Source of the DNA: Chiloscyllium plagiosum
Lineage: Eukaryota
Length of the DNA stretch: 64,000 nucleotides
Assembly: GCF_004010195.1 (NCBI RefSeq)
Contig: NC_057749.1
Coordinates: forward strand, 14,888,088-14,952,087
Reading direction: 5' to 3'
This document shows, piece by piece, positions 12,898 to 26,200 of this stretch. The notes under the pieces were generated by a model that worked only from the letters and a program-made list of their open reading frames with translations, did not search any database and had not been told where the DNA came from. Positions within the stretch are counted from its first letter, which is position 1. Each line of letters begins with the position of its first letter. Both the position numbers and the translations under genes were made by a program.

Positions 12898-13469
12898 TGA
12901 GTTTTGGTTTGTGTTGAAGTATCTGGCGTGGAATCTGAGCTTGTGAGGTTCTGGCTGAGGCACTGATACGCACTGCGCCATTGGCTGACACCAATTGTTA
13001 GATTTACCCTCATTCATTCCCAAACTCTGCAATGCTGCCAAGTGATCAAAGGAGATTAATTCTGTTTATTGCCTCTAATGAGCTCTTTTCAAAATGCTGT
13101 TTAAGCGTCACTAAATGCAATGGGAGAACAATCCTTTGCTGAGGCACCAATGCTTATCATCTGCACACAAACGCAAGTATTGAAATCATGTCCTGACACA
13201 ATACTGACTCTTAACATCATCTCACTGACCTGCCTAATCTGATTGAATAGCCCACAAGTGGAATTGCCTCTCGTGCAGGAGGGCAAGGTAAAAATGTCAG
13301 GAGAGCTAAACGTCAAAAGGAATGACTCCATGACCCAGTCTTGAGTTTGAAATCATTCAATTGTAGCAGCTTTTTCAAGGGGACAGCAGTGATGGGTTTG
13401 ATTGGTTTAGGTCCCATGGAAACGATGAGCTCGGATCAGAGTTTGTAGAACTAACCAACAATAGTGGCA

Positions 13470-14090
13470 CCACAGAGAAGGGAGGTCATTTGGCCCATCG
13501 TTCCTGTGCTGGCTGTCTATGGGAGTAACTCAGATCATCCTTCTGCCTGCTGCTCTGCAAATCTTTTCTCTTTTGAATAATGATCCCAATTCCCTTTTGA
13601 ATAACTGGGCTGGACCTGCCTCCACCACACTCTCCGACGGTACATTCCAGAGCCTCACCACCCACTGTGCAAACAGGAGTTTTCCCTTGTATCTCCGTTA
13701 GTTCCAATCACTTAAATCAACGTCCTCTGGTTCCCTATTTTATCCATCACTCAGAACAGCCTCGGTCTTACTTGACTCTATCCAGACCTCTCGGGGTGTT
13801 AAGCACAGTGATCACATCTTCTCTCAACCTTCTTCTCTTCCAGGAGAACAGCTCCAGCCCTCCCTTTTCCCTGGAGCCATTCTCAGTCTCTCTTTGTTCT
13901 TCCGACCAACGTGAATCACTTCACACTGCCCCACATGAAATTCCATCTGCCCATACCACCAGCCTCCCTGTGTTCCTTGAAGCTTCTCATTACCCTCCTC
14001 ACACTCTACATTCCTTCCAAGCTCAGCACCATCTGCAAATCTTGGTTGCCTCCAAGTCTTGCTCATTAACATCAATGCAGAAATGTTCTT
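13470..14090 (-). mobile_element. Old CR1-type LINE fragment
   Basis: QMEFHVGQCEVIHVGRKN peptide (CR1 WQMxFNxxKCxVxHxG motif) plus decayed tail. Confidence 0.7.
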
Positions 14091-14139
14091 ATCACCAAAA
14101 CACACACCAACCTAGGAGCTCCAGTCCAACTAAAATATT

Positions 14140-14330
14140 CACACTTTCCGTGGGGAGAGGAACAGAGTTAATGCTTTGACTCGATATCAGAACGGAAGAA
14201 AGTGAAGAACTGAACTTCAGGTTCTGATGAAGAGTCACTGGACTCTGTTTCTCTCACCACAGATGCTGCCAGATTGATGTTTTTGATTCAGATTCCCAGC
14301 ATCCACAGTATTTGATTTTTGTTTTCATTA
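14140..14330. mobile_element. Short Penelope-derived inverted-dimer element with a decayed hammerhead core
   Basis: ctgatgaagagtcactggactc at 14224 followed by cagatgctgcc...ccagcatc. Related copies at 15255-15365, 21428-21558, 31940-32175, 43655-43745 and 56255-56340. Confidence 0.55.
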
Positions 14331-15626
14331 TTGTACTTTCCCTTTAATTCCATAAGCTTCAGCTCTGCTGAGAGGCCTCTTATGTGACAGGTGCCTTCTG
14401 CAAAACCATTTCTGCCAAATCAACCAACCATCCCTTGCTGCCTGGTCAAAAAACCTCAGTCAAGTTGATCAAACGCGGTTCGGATTTGTTTTACTTAATC
14501 TCAGCCCAATCCTTCATTAAAAGTGAAACTTGCCCAAGTGACGGTGAATTTTGTTCGGAATTCTTTCCCCACTGCTGATGTTACACTGACTGACCTGTTG
14601 TTGCTGCATTTATCCATNNNNNNNNNNNNNNNNNNNNNNNNNNNNNNNNNNNNNNNNNNNNNNNNNNNNNNNNNNNNNNNNNNNNNNNNNNNNNNNNNNN
14701 NNNNNNNNNNNNNNNNNNNNNNNNNNNNNNNNNNNNNNNNNNNNNNNNNNNNNNNNNNNNNNNNNNNNNNNNNNNNNNNNNNNNNNNNNNNNNNNNNNNN
14801 NNNNNNNNNNNNNNNNNNNNNNNNNNNNNNNNNNNNNNNNNNNNNNNNNNNNNNNNNNNNNNNNNNNNNNNNNNNNNNNNNNNNNNNNNNNNNNNNNNNN
14901 NNNNNNNNNNNNNNNNNNNNNNNNNNNNNNNNNNNNNNNNNNNNNNNNNNNNNNNNNNNNNNNNNNNNNNNNNNNNNNNNNNNNNNNNNNNNNNNNNNNN
15001 NNNNNNNNNNNNNNNNNNNNNNNNNNNNNNNNNNNNNNNNNNNNNNNNNNNNNNNNNNNNNNNNNNNNNNNNNNNNNNNNNNNNNNNNNNNNNNNNNNNN
15101 NNNNNNNNNNNNNNNNNTGTGAGAGAGAGAGTGTGTGAGAGTGAGTGTGTGTGTGAGAGAGTGGGTGTGTGTGCGTGTGTGAGAGTGAGTGAGTGTGTGT
15201 GGCTAACTCCTTCAGATGGCAGATCTTTTAAAAAAGGAGTGTGAAACAGTGAGAGAATTCTGAAACAGAAGCAGAAATTGCTGGTGAAACTCAGCAGGTC
15301 TGGCAGCATTTGTGGGAGGAAAGCAGAGTTAAATTTTTGAGTCCAGTGACTATTTATCAGAGCCAATAGGTTCTGCTCCTGAGCTGCACTGTAACCATAC
15401 TGAAGCTGTCCCCATGAGAGCCTTCTGTCAGTAACCTCACCGTACTGCCCTGACAGTGATGCCTTCTGTAATATTAATTGGAAGCTCCCAGTTGGCAGAG
15501 ACAGTCCATTTTACTAACAGCTGATTGGAAGAGGAGGAGGCTATTGTGCTCCTTGAGCTCGTTCTGCCTCATAATGTCTGGTTTGTGACCTGGCTGTGTA
15601 TTCCCATCTCAAACCCCTGTCCCATT

Positions 15627-15887
15627 CAGTCATGGAATCCCTACAGTGCAGAATGAGGCTGCATCAATCCCCCAAAGACCATCCTACTCCACACCCCCCA
15701 ACCCCACATTTCTCTCTCACACATACACACGCACACACACTCTCTCACACACACACACACAGTCCCATCTTTGGACTGTGGGAGGAAACCCACGCAGACC
15801 CGGGGAGAATGTGCAAACTCCACGCAGAAGTGGAGTTGAATTGAACCCAGGTCTCTGGCGCTGTGAGGCAGCAGTGCTACCCACTGC
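15627..15887 (-). mobile_element. HE1/V-SINE copy with internal (CA)n
   Basis: catctttggactgtgggaggaaacccacgcagac V-domain core and tRNA-like head. Confidence 0.8.
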
Positions 15888-16636
15888 TTGGTACAAGTCT
15901 CAGGTTGAAAGGCAGTAATTTGTCCAGCATCGGTTGCTGTTGGCAGCCGGGTTGTTAGGTTTAAGAGGAGAGGGTGAGTATAGGGGCTGCTCTGTTCTGA
16001 CTGGACACTTCAGCGCTTCAAGGCAAAGGGGATAGAGTCAAAATGGAGAACCTCAGAACTGGCAAATGGTTGGTGCTAAAATGATGTCCTTTATTAAAAT
16101 GCCTGTTTATGATGAATCACCTTAATCGCATTAATATTTCAGTGGTTTACCCACTGAGGTGATGAAAATTGTAAAGCTGAATCATGGCTTTTATTTTGTT
16201 GAGTCCCCCTTTCAAAATGCAAGTATTACAGAATGGAGAGTTTTGACAGCTCACAGCAGGAGGACACTGCTTAGCTCGGAGGGGGGTCTGCTGGCTGCAA
16301 CAACAGCTTGCATTTGTTTAGTCGCATCACCCTTGCCAAATATCCTGAAGATATGTTATCAGTCCCAAATCTAACACTGAGCTCCGTGTTGGGGACAAAT
16401 AAATGCAGTGAGTTTGAAAGGAGGAGAGGGAGAGAGAGGGTGGTTCAGAGAGAATTGGCTTGTTATTTTGTGGTTCAGAGCTGAGTTAAGTTGGGGGGAG
16501 AAGTGATTCTGAAAGATCGCTTCCTTCTGCACGTTTTAATTGATGCGCATCTGCTTTGAGTCACATTGGGGGGCACTTCGTAATAATGAGACTGCCGGCT
16601 TTGTACCCATTCTGAGTGGGTCAATTGAAGGGCAAG

Positions 16637-16786
16637 AGCAGTCTATGAGGGGAGATTGCAGTCTATAAGGGGAGATTGCAGTCTATGAGGGGAGAGAGCA
16701 TTCTGAGGGGAGATTGCAGTCTATGAGGGGAGAGAGCAGACTATAAGGGGCGGTGGGCAGTCTGTAAAGGGAGAGTGCAGCCTATA
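16637..16786 (+). repeat. ~20-bp minisatellite (gcagtctatgaggggagatt)n, ~7 copies
   Basis: Tandem units visible. Confidence 0.85.
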
Positions 16787-17309
16787 AAACACTCGGTGTT
16801 ATCTTTAGGACATAGTGCTCCCAGGGTTAATCTACACACTGCCTGCAAATCCACACGAACTCCTCTGCCCCCCCACCCCTAATCGTCTGGTTCCAATGTG
16901 CCATAACTCCAATACTATCCTGGATAATAAACATCAGTTGCATTTTGTAAGTGATTCAGCTTAAAATCTCATGTAAAATGGATACACTGCCTGAGGAAGC
17001 CTTGCAGCCAATCGTCACGGGGAAGCTGCACCCAGCTCTGTTGAAGCCTAATTGCATTCCAACAGCTTCTTCCTCCATTTGTACAGTTTCTGGGCAAACT
17101 GTTTCTGAACAGCACCTGTGGCTGCTCCCTGGGAGTTCAGCTGCTTTGTAAAAGTCTCTGATTGTCGCTTCCCCGTGCCTGTGTACCGTCTGAGTCCATG
17201 TCCTTGCAGGGTTGGGTTGCTCGTCAGTCTTCAGTTTGAAACTCCCTGTCGTTGTGGGGTTTCAGCTCTGAAGAGAGACTGGTTTGGCAGAGGTTGCTTG
17301 GTAGAAGGG

Positions 17310-18190
17310 GTGATCCTGATTGACACCCACAGAATTATGTGGGGCACAGATATGAGTAAGTATTTATCCCTTAGAGGAGAGATCTATGACCAGGAGCCAT
17401 AAATTTGAAGTAAAGAGAGAGGATTTAAAGAATTTTGTTTTCACTCTGAGGAATCTGGCACTCACTGTCTGGAAGGGTGGTCAAGAATGGAACCATCACA
17501 ACATTTAAAGAAGTATTTAGATGTTCACTTAAAGCAACATAACGCCCAAGATAATTTGTCAAGTGTTAGGAAATGGGATTAGAGTAGACAGGCCCTTCAT
17601 GCTCAGTGTAGACATGATGGGCCAAAGGGCCTTATTCTATGCTGTAAACTCTCAGACTGTTCCCAAACTCTCTGCCGCACATCGTGGGTGTGCTTCTCCC
17701 TATCTCTGCGACCATTTCCAGCTCACTACAGTCTTTCTCCACCTCATTTCCCTCACCTGCCATTGATTTTAAGCACAATACGTATTTCTCTTCAATCATG
17801 CCATCCCAGAAACAAGTCTAGCAAACCCTTGTCGCACTCCCCCTGTGGCAATAATATCTTTTGAATTAAGGGGATCACAGGTGTGGGCTAACCAAGCTCT
17901 TACACTTAAATCCTTTTGCAATAAAGACCAACATTCCATTAGCCTTCCTAATAGCTTACTGTGTGTGCTTGTTAGTCATCAACGAGTCATAGACAAGGAA
18001 ACCAAGGTCGCTTTGTACATCTACACTTCCCAATCTCTCACTGTTTCAGAAAGACTCTGCACATCTGTTCCTCTTACGAAAGTGGACAAAATCACAGTTT
18101 TCACTCAGGGTGGGGGATCCTGTGTAGAATTGCTGTTTCATACTTTCTGCCTCAGGGTTAAAGAGAGTCAGTGTCATAATGTGCTTGGCA
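17310..18190. mobile_element. Decayed CR1-type fragments (+ at ~17310-17660, - at ~17770-18190)
   Basis: Degenerate similarity to the other CR1 copies in this window. Confidence 0.6.
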
Positions 18191-18204
18191 TAGATTAGTG
18201 AACA

Positions 18205-18400
18205 GCACTGGAAATGTGTTGCTGGAAAAGCGCAGCAGGTCAGGCAGCATCCAGGGAACAGGACAATCGACGTTTCGGGCATAAGCCCATGCCCAAAACG
18301 TCGATTCTCCTGTTCCCTGGATGCTGCCTGACCTGCTGCGCTTTTCCAGCAACACATTTCCAGCTCTGATCTCCAGCATCTGCAGACCTCACTTTCTCCT
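18205..18400 (+). mobile_element. Short palindromic Penelope-derived element with a perfect 16-bp target-site duplication
   Basis: catagattagtgaaca at 18189-18204 and 18401-18416; internal arms of ~75 bp form a near-perfect inverted repeat (18208-18363). Confidence 0.85.
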
Positions 18401-18429
18401 CATAGATTAGTGAACATACCAAAATACTA

Positions 18430-19095
18430 GAGAGATAGTGTGTGAGAGAGGGAGAGGTTGGGAGTGATGCAGGAGTGTTCTTTCTTGATCAATGTATGTA
18501 TCTTTCAGCATGTGGCAGTTACTTTGTGCATATGTGTATTTGTTAGTGTGTGTCTTATCTGTGCGCATTTGTATGTCTGTGTGAATGTGTGTGAGTTGGA
18601 GTGATGGGGATGTGCCTTCCTGTATGTGTGTGTGTGTCTTTGTGTGTCTGTCTGTTTGTGGATGTGTCTGCTCATGTGTGTGCTTATCAACATTTATGAG
18701 TGTGCCTGTCTGTCTCTTTCTCTGCCTGTGCATATGTGTCTGTGTGAGAGAGAGAGAGATTTCATGCTATGTGTGGGCACCTATCTGTATGTATGAGTGT
18801 GTCTGTATCTTGTATCTGTCTGTGTCTAAGTATCTGTCTGTATGTGAGTGTATGTCTGTTTATGTTTGTATGTGTCTGTGTGTGTGTGTCTGTGTCCCTG
18901 TCTGTCTGTATATGTGAGTGTCTGTGTGTGTGTGTCTCTATCTATCTGTCTGTGTGTGTGTGTATGTGTCTATGTCTGTTTGTTGTTGTGTGTGTGTGTG
19001 TCTGGGTCTCTGTCTGCTGCATGAGTGTCTCTGTACCTGTATGTGTTTCCCTGTATGAGTGTGTGTCTGTGGGTTTGAGTGTGACTGTGTCTGTC
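18430..19095. repeat. Degenerate (TG)n/(TC)n low-complexity tract
   Basis: Direct. Similar CA/TG tracts at 15118-15200, 21040-21410, 21560-21710, 49530-49800, 56540-57560 and 63390-63745. Confidence 0.9.
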
Positions 19096-19649
19096 AGCTT
19101 CCAGTACTTCGTTTCCTCCCTCCAGGAAATCAGTACTGAGCCGACTTGCTGTCTTTTGTTAAAAACAAGGACAGGTTTAATCCTGCAGCAAGAAGTTTAT
19201 GCATATAAAACAGTCAATTAGAGGATAATAAACTGAACCAAAATAAGGCACAGATTACTGATCCCACCAGCTCTCTTTATTCTTCAAAGCATGTCGGGAG
19301 TCAATAAAAAAAGCAAGCTACCTAATGTAACCAGAGACATTCAACGACCTTCAATAAAAATAAAGGTTCCATCCAAGGGACCAGGAAGCAAGATAACACA
19401 AACAGAACATTGTCTCTAGGGAACTCCAAGCCCTGCCTGCAGGCACAGCATCAGAAAGAAAACAGGTTTTTTCTGTCTCCCCAGAGTTCCCCAGTTATGG
19501 GTCCTTCTGAAAAACGTGCATTAGCCAAGTGTTTGAGACATATCTGAACCCTGTTTGCTCACAGTGAACTCCTTGCTAAGCCACTCTTCTTATGCACTCA
19601 GCCCCTTTCTTGTGCATGGTAAGATCCCACAGCAGCCGTGACAGTCATT

Positions 19650-20190
19650 ATACCTCTTCTGGAGAATTGTGTCCAGGTCTGGTCGCCCTGTTATAGGAAG
19701 GATATTATCAAGTTGGGGAAGGACTCAGAAGAGATTTACCATGATGTTGCTGGGAATGGAGGGTTTCACTTCTGGGGAGAGGCTGAGACTTTTTTCACTG
19801 GACCATAGGAGGTTGAGGGCTGATATTACAAAAGTTTATGAAATCATGAAGGGTATAGATAAGGTGGATGGCAAGTGTCTTTTCCCTCGGGTGGGGGATT
19901 TCAATACTGAGGGGCATATTTTTAAAGTGAGAGGAGAGAGATTTAAAAAAAGACATGAGGGGCAATTCTTTTAACACAGAAGGTGGTTTGTTTGTGGAAT
20001 GAGCTGCAAGAGGAAGTGGTGGATGCAGGTCAGTTACAACATTTAAAAGACATTTGGATAAGGACATGAACAGGAAATGTTTGGAGGGATATGGGCTAAG
20101 GGCAGGCAGGTGGGATGAGTTTAGTTTGGGATTATGGTCAGCATATACTGGTTGGACCGACGGGTCTGTTTCCGTGCTGTATGACTCTGT
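19650..20190 (+). mobile_element. CR1-type LINE 3' fragment
   Basis: RLRLFSLDHRRLRADITKVYEIMKG...GHIFKVRGERFK peptide plus tail. Confidence 0.9.
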
Positions 20191-22224
20191 GGCCAGTTTA
20201 CTTCCATTCTCCTGCGGCCTTGGACAAGATGTAATGAAGTGAAAGGAGGTCCAGCACACTGCCTTGAGGAAACATCTGACAAATGAACTCCCTGTCAGGC
20301 ACTCAGCCAACCTTCCCTTGGGCTCAACGAGTGGAGACCTCACTCACCGAGAGCAACTGGGCAATCCGGGATTAATGCTCTGGGGACAGGGGGTGCAGGC
20401 ATTTACATTCAACTAATTAATCAATTGCCGAGACAGAAATCTGGAATCGAAAGCCAATCTCAGTAACTGCGAAACTATCCTCCAACGTTGTAAAAACCCA
20501 TCTGGTTCACTCTTCAGGGAAAGGAAGCTGCTGTCCTTATCCATCTGGCCTCGACATGACTTCAGACCCACAGCAATGTGGCTGAATGGGACCAGCTGGT
20601 ACAGACACGATGGGTCGAATGGCCTCCTTCTGTACTGTATGACTCTGAACTGCCCTGTGGAATGTCCTAACAACCCACTCTACTCAAGTGCAATTAGGGA
20701 TGGACAACAGGGATCAGCCTTGGCAGTGACATCCATGTTTCATCAAATAAAGAAAAAGAGATTTGTTGCTCTTGTCCTTTTCCCTGGTGGAGACCCACAG
20801 GCCCTGCTTGTGGGAGAGTAAAAACACCAGGGCATCTAACAAGAAGAGGCTCTTTGTCTTCAACCAGATGCAGTCTTTACACGATAACAATCAGCTGTAG
20901 TTATGTTGTTCCTGAGACAATGATGGAGACCTCACTATTTGAGATTTAAATCTATTTCCCCATTGACCATGTCAATGTGATATCATCATATTGGAGACTG
21001 CTTAATGGATTCCACAGCATTAACCCTTTAGGACCCCTTTATACAACAACACACTGACACAGGCATTCAAGCTTAAACGCTGCCATGTTAGCACACTGAC
21101 ATGCTCACACAATAACACAGGCACACAGACTAACACGTGCACACACACTGACACCCACACACTGACACCCACACACTGATGTGTGCACATGAACACCCAC
21201 ACACTGGCACACGTACTGACACCCACACATTGATGCATGCATACACATTGACATATACACACATACACTGACACACCCACACACTAACATGCACAGACAC
21301 ATATGGTAACACCCACACACTAATATATAATCACAGTCACAAAGACAGACTCTCCCATGAGCAGGTAGATTGACAAAGATACATGCACTGACATACAGGG
21401 AGACCCATACACAGACAGAGTCAACAGATATTCTGATGAAGAGTTTCGGCCCAAAATGTTGTCTTTCCTGCCCCTCGGATGCTGTCTGACCTGCTGTGCT
21501 TCCTCTAGCGTCACATCTATCCACTCTGGCTTCCAGTGTCTGCGGTCCTTACTGTCTCCATACACAGACAGATACTCTCTCTCCCTCACACACATGCACA
21601 CATCCTTGTCAGACACACAAGCACACAAATACACATATGTAGACACACACATACACAAGCACACACAGACGCATGGGTGTGGGAGCCGTTGTCAGACACA
21701 CACAGACATTCTTGCTTTCGGCTTTTGTGAATTGTTTTGCTGATCGCACCAGCCTGTCAGAACCCAAGTGTCCTGACAATTCCGTATCCTGCAGTGGTTG
21801 AAATGTCACAGATAGCTTCCGGGTATTTTCGGAGAGCCCCTGATTCCATGTTCTGTTTATTCAGTGAGATGTGGTGCAGCTGACAAGAATTTCTGGAGTT
21901 ACTCTGAGCAAAGCAACCTGCCATCATCCTGTTAAAGACGCTGAGCACCTGAATCATTGACCATCATTCCCAGAACTCAAACCTCCTTCAAGGAATCAGC
22001 AGCAGACCTTGCTATTGCCCAACCTGGACCAAAACTCTGAATTACAAAGCCCTCCTGATCATGAGGGACATGAGCTTGCAATGTAAGGTTGTTGTAAACA
22101 TTAATAAAGATGCACACCAACTTGAACTCCTTTAGATATTTCTGACTTCGGGCTTCTTCGATGTCAACTGTAGCTCCGTAGATTAGCACATTGGCCCAGT
22201 CAGAGGAGCCACAACACACATTCC

Positions 22225-22490
22225 CTGTCTGATGCTCCCATTGCAGTACCAGGGAAGTGCCACACTGTCACTGGTGCCACATTTTAAGATAAAACGCCAC
22301 AATGTAGGCTGTTTCAGGTGGTTGTCAATAATTCCACAGCTAGGTGCTCAAAGGTGAGCAGAGGGGTTTTCCTCAATGACCCAGTTACTCAACGCTGTTA
22401 AAAACACATCAGCTGGCCAGTATTTCATTGCTATCTGTGGGAGTTTGCTGTGTAGGTTTGGCTATTGTGTTTTCTATCATTGCGTGTTGA
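22225..22490 (+). mobile_element. DeuSINE remnant with a single unexpanded copy of the 33-bp unit
   Basis: gcagtaccagggaagtgccacactgtcactggtgcc...tttcattgctatctgtgggagtttgctgtg. Another unexpanded copy lies at ~27690-27900 (gagtactgagggagcactgcactgttggtggagctgtctttt). Confidence 0.6.
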
Positions 22491-23082
22491 AAGCCCAAAC
22501 TCCAGTAGGTGCATGTGTGTGTGATCAAGCTGATCCCATCCATAGTCGTGCTCAGGGTTCACAATCAGGCAATGATTTTCCCCGAGGTTGGGGGAACGTG
22601 GGTGAGGAGAATTTGAGCAAAGTCCAAATTTTCTTGGCACTAACATCTGCTGAATGTCCTGAGGATTTATTCAATGGATTAGAACATCCCTGATTGCCCG
22701 GACAGCATTTAAGAGTCAGCGACATTGCTGTGGGCCTGGAGTCACATGTAGGCCAGACTGGGTAAGGAAGGAGGATTTCCTGCCCCAAAGGACATGAGTG
22801 AACCAGACGGGTTTTCACGACTATCGTCATTGGTGACACGGTCACCGTTACACCAACTCTTTACGAGATACAAATTTCACTGACTGCTATGATGGGATTT
22901 GAACTCATGTCCCCAGACCAATAACCTGGGGCTTTAGAAAACATGTCCGTTGATGATAGCACTACACCACCATGTCCCTTCAAACTCCTGCCCACCCCTT
23001 GTCTTTGTTGTCCTGCAGTTCCTCTCTTGTCCACTTGTCACAAATGGTCCCATTACCATCCCAGGGAGCTCACCTCCATTCT

Positions 23083-26000
23083 CCCACCCTCCAACACTGC
23101 TCCACTCACCCTCCTCCACCCTCCAATACTGCTCCACTCACCCTCCTCCACCCTCCAATACTGCTCCACTCACCCTCCTCCACCCTCCGCTCCACTCACC
23201 CTCCTCCACTCTCTGCTCCACTCACCCTCCCCCTCCACTCCACTCACCCTCCTCCACCCTCCACTCCACTCACCCTCCTCCACCCTCCACTCCACTCACC
23301 CTCCTCCACCCTCCACTCCACTCACCCTCCTCCACCCTCCACTCCACTCACCCTCCTCCACCCTCCACTCCACTCACCCTCCTCCACCCTCCACTCCACT
23401 CACCCTCCTCCACCCTCCACTCCACTCACCCTCCTCCACCCTCCACTCCACTCACCCTCCTCCACCCTCCACTCCACTCACCCTCCTCCACCCTCCACTC
23501 CACTCACCCTCCTCCACCCTCCACTCCACTCACCCTCCTCCACCCTCCACTCCACTCACCCTCCTCCACCCTCCACTCCACTCACCCTCCTCCACCCTCC
23601 ACTCCACTCACCCTCCTCCACCCTCCACTCCACTCACCCTCCTCCACCCTCCACTCCACTCACCCTCCTCCACCCTCCACTCCACTCACCCTCCTCCACC
23701 CTCCACTCCACTCACCCTCCTCCACCCTCCACTCCACTCACCCTCCTCCACCCTCCACTCCACTCACCCTCCTCCACCCTCCACTCCACTCACCCTCCTC
23801 CACCCTCCACTCCACTCACCCTCCTCCACCCTCCACTCCACTCACCCTCCTCCACCCTCCACTCCACTCACCCTCCTCCACCCTCCACTCCACTCACCCT
23901 CCTCCACCCTCCACTCCACTCACCCTCCTCCACCCTCCACTCCACTCACCCTCCTCCACCCTCCACTCCACTCACCCTCCTCCACCCTCCACTCCACTCA
24001 CCCTCCTCCACCCTCCACTCCACTCACCCTCCTCCACCCTCCACTCCACTCACCCTCCTCCACCCTCCACTCCACTCACCCTCCTCCACCCTCCACTCCA
24101 CTCACCCTCCTCCACCCTCCACTCCACTCACCCTCCTCCACCCTCCACTCCACTCACCCTCCTCCACCCTCCACTCCACTCACCCTCCTCCACCCTCCAC
24201 TCCACTCACCCTCCTCCACCCTCCACTCCACTCACCCTCCTCCACCCTCCACTCCACTCACCCTCCTCCACCCTCCACTCCACTCACCCTCCTCCACCCT
24301 CCACTCCACTCACCCTCCTCCACCCTCCACTCCACTCACCCTCCTCCACCCTCCACTCCACTCACCCTCCTCCACCCTCCACTCCACTCACCCTCCTCCA
24401 CCCTCCACTCCACTCACCCTCCTCCACCCTCCACTCCACTCACCCTCCTCCACCCTCCACTCCACTCACCCTCCTCCACCCTCCACTCCACTCACCCTCC
24501 TCCACCCTCCACTCCACTCACCCTCCTCCACCCTCCACTCCACTCACCCTCCTCCACCCTCCACTCCACTCACCCTCCTCCACCCTCCACTCCACTCACC
24601 CTCCTCCACCCTCCACTCCACTCACCCTCCTCCACCCTCCACTCCACTCACCCTCCTCCACCCTCCACTCCACTCACCCTCCTCCACCCTCCACTCCACT
24701 CACCCTCCTCCACCCTCCACTCCACTCACCCTCCTCCACCCTCCACTCCACTCACCCTCCTCCACCCTCCACTCCACTCACCCTCCTCCACCCTCCACTC
24801 CACTCACCCTCCTCCACCCTCCACTCCACTCACCCTCCTCCACCCTCCACTCCACTCACCCTCCTCCACCCTCCACTCCACTCACCCTCCTCCACCCTCC
24901 ACTCCACTCACCCTCCTCCACCCTCCACTCCACTCACCCTCCTCCACCCTCCACTCCACTCACCCTCCTCCACCCTCCACTCCACTCACCCTCCTCCACC
25001 CTCCACTCCACTCACCCTCCTCCACCCTCCACTCCACTCACCCTCCTCCACCCTCCACTCCACTCACCCTCCTCCACCCTCCACTCCACTCACCCTCCTC
25101 CACCCTCCACTCCACTCACCCTCCTCCACCCTCCACTCCACTCACCCTCCTCCACCCTCCACTCCACTCACCCTCCTCCACCCTCCACTCCACTCACCCT
25201 CCTCCACCCTCCACTCCACTCACCCTCCTCCACCCTCCACTCCACTCACCCTCCTCCACCCTCCACTCCACTCACCCTCCTCCACCCTCCACTCCACTCA
25301 CCCTCCTCCACCCTCCACTCCACTCACCCTCCTCCACCCTCCACTCCACTCACCCTCCTCCACCCTCCACTCCACTCACCCTCCTCCACCCTCCACTCCA
25401 CTCACCCTCCTCCACCCTCCACTCCACTCACCCTCCTCCACCCTCCACTCCACTCACCCTCCTCCACCCTCCACTCCACTCACCCTCCTCCACCCTCCAC
25501 TCCACTCACCCTCCTCCACCCTCCACTCCACTCACCCTCCTCCACCCTCCACTCCACTCACCCTCCTCCACCCTCCACTCCACTCACCCTCCTCCACCCT
25601 CCACTCCACTCACCCTCCTCCACCCTCCACTCCACTCACCCTCCTCCACCCTCCACTCCACTCACCCTCCTCCACCCTCCACTCCACTCACCCTCCTCCA
25701 CCCTCCACTCCACTCACCCTCCTCCACCCTCCACTCCACTCACCCTCCTCCACCCTCCACTCCACTCACCCTCCTCCACCCTCCACTCCACTCACCCTCC
25801 TCCACCCTCCACTCCACTCACCCTCCTCCACCCTCCACTCCACTCACCCTCCTCCACCCTCCACTCCACTCACCCTCCTCCACCCTCCACTCCACTCACC
25901 CTCCTCCACCCTCCACTCCACTCACCCTCCTCCACCCTCCACTCCACTCACCCTCCTCCACCCTCCACTCCACTCACCCTCCTCCACCCTCCACTCCACT

Positions 26001-26200
26001 CACCCTCCTCCACCCTCCAACACTGCTCCACTCGCCCTCTCCACCCTGCACTCCACTCTCCCTTGTAATCACCCTCCACTCCACTCACCCTCCTCCACCC
26101 TCCACTCCACTCACCCTCCTCCACCCTCCACTCCACTCACCCTCCTCCACCCTCCAACACTGCTCCACTCGCCCTCTCCACCCTGCACTCCACTCTCCCT
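23083..26200 (+). repeat. 26-bp C-rich minisatellite (ccactccactcaccctcctccaccct)n, ~105 apparently perfect copies with 32-bp variant units at the edges
   Basis: Tandem units read directly; no G on the + strand from ~23220 to ~26020. Confidence 0.95.

Noticed and set aside
23230..26020. Resemblance of the C-rich unit to the PRDM9 motif CCNCCNTNNCCNC
   Set aside because: The registers I tried do not match, and that motif is specific to human alleles.
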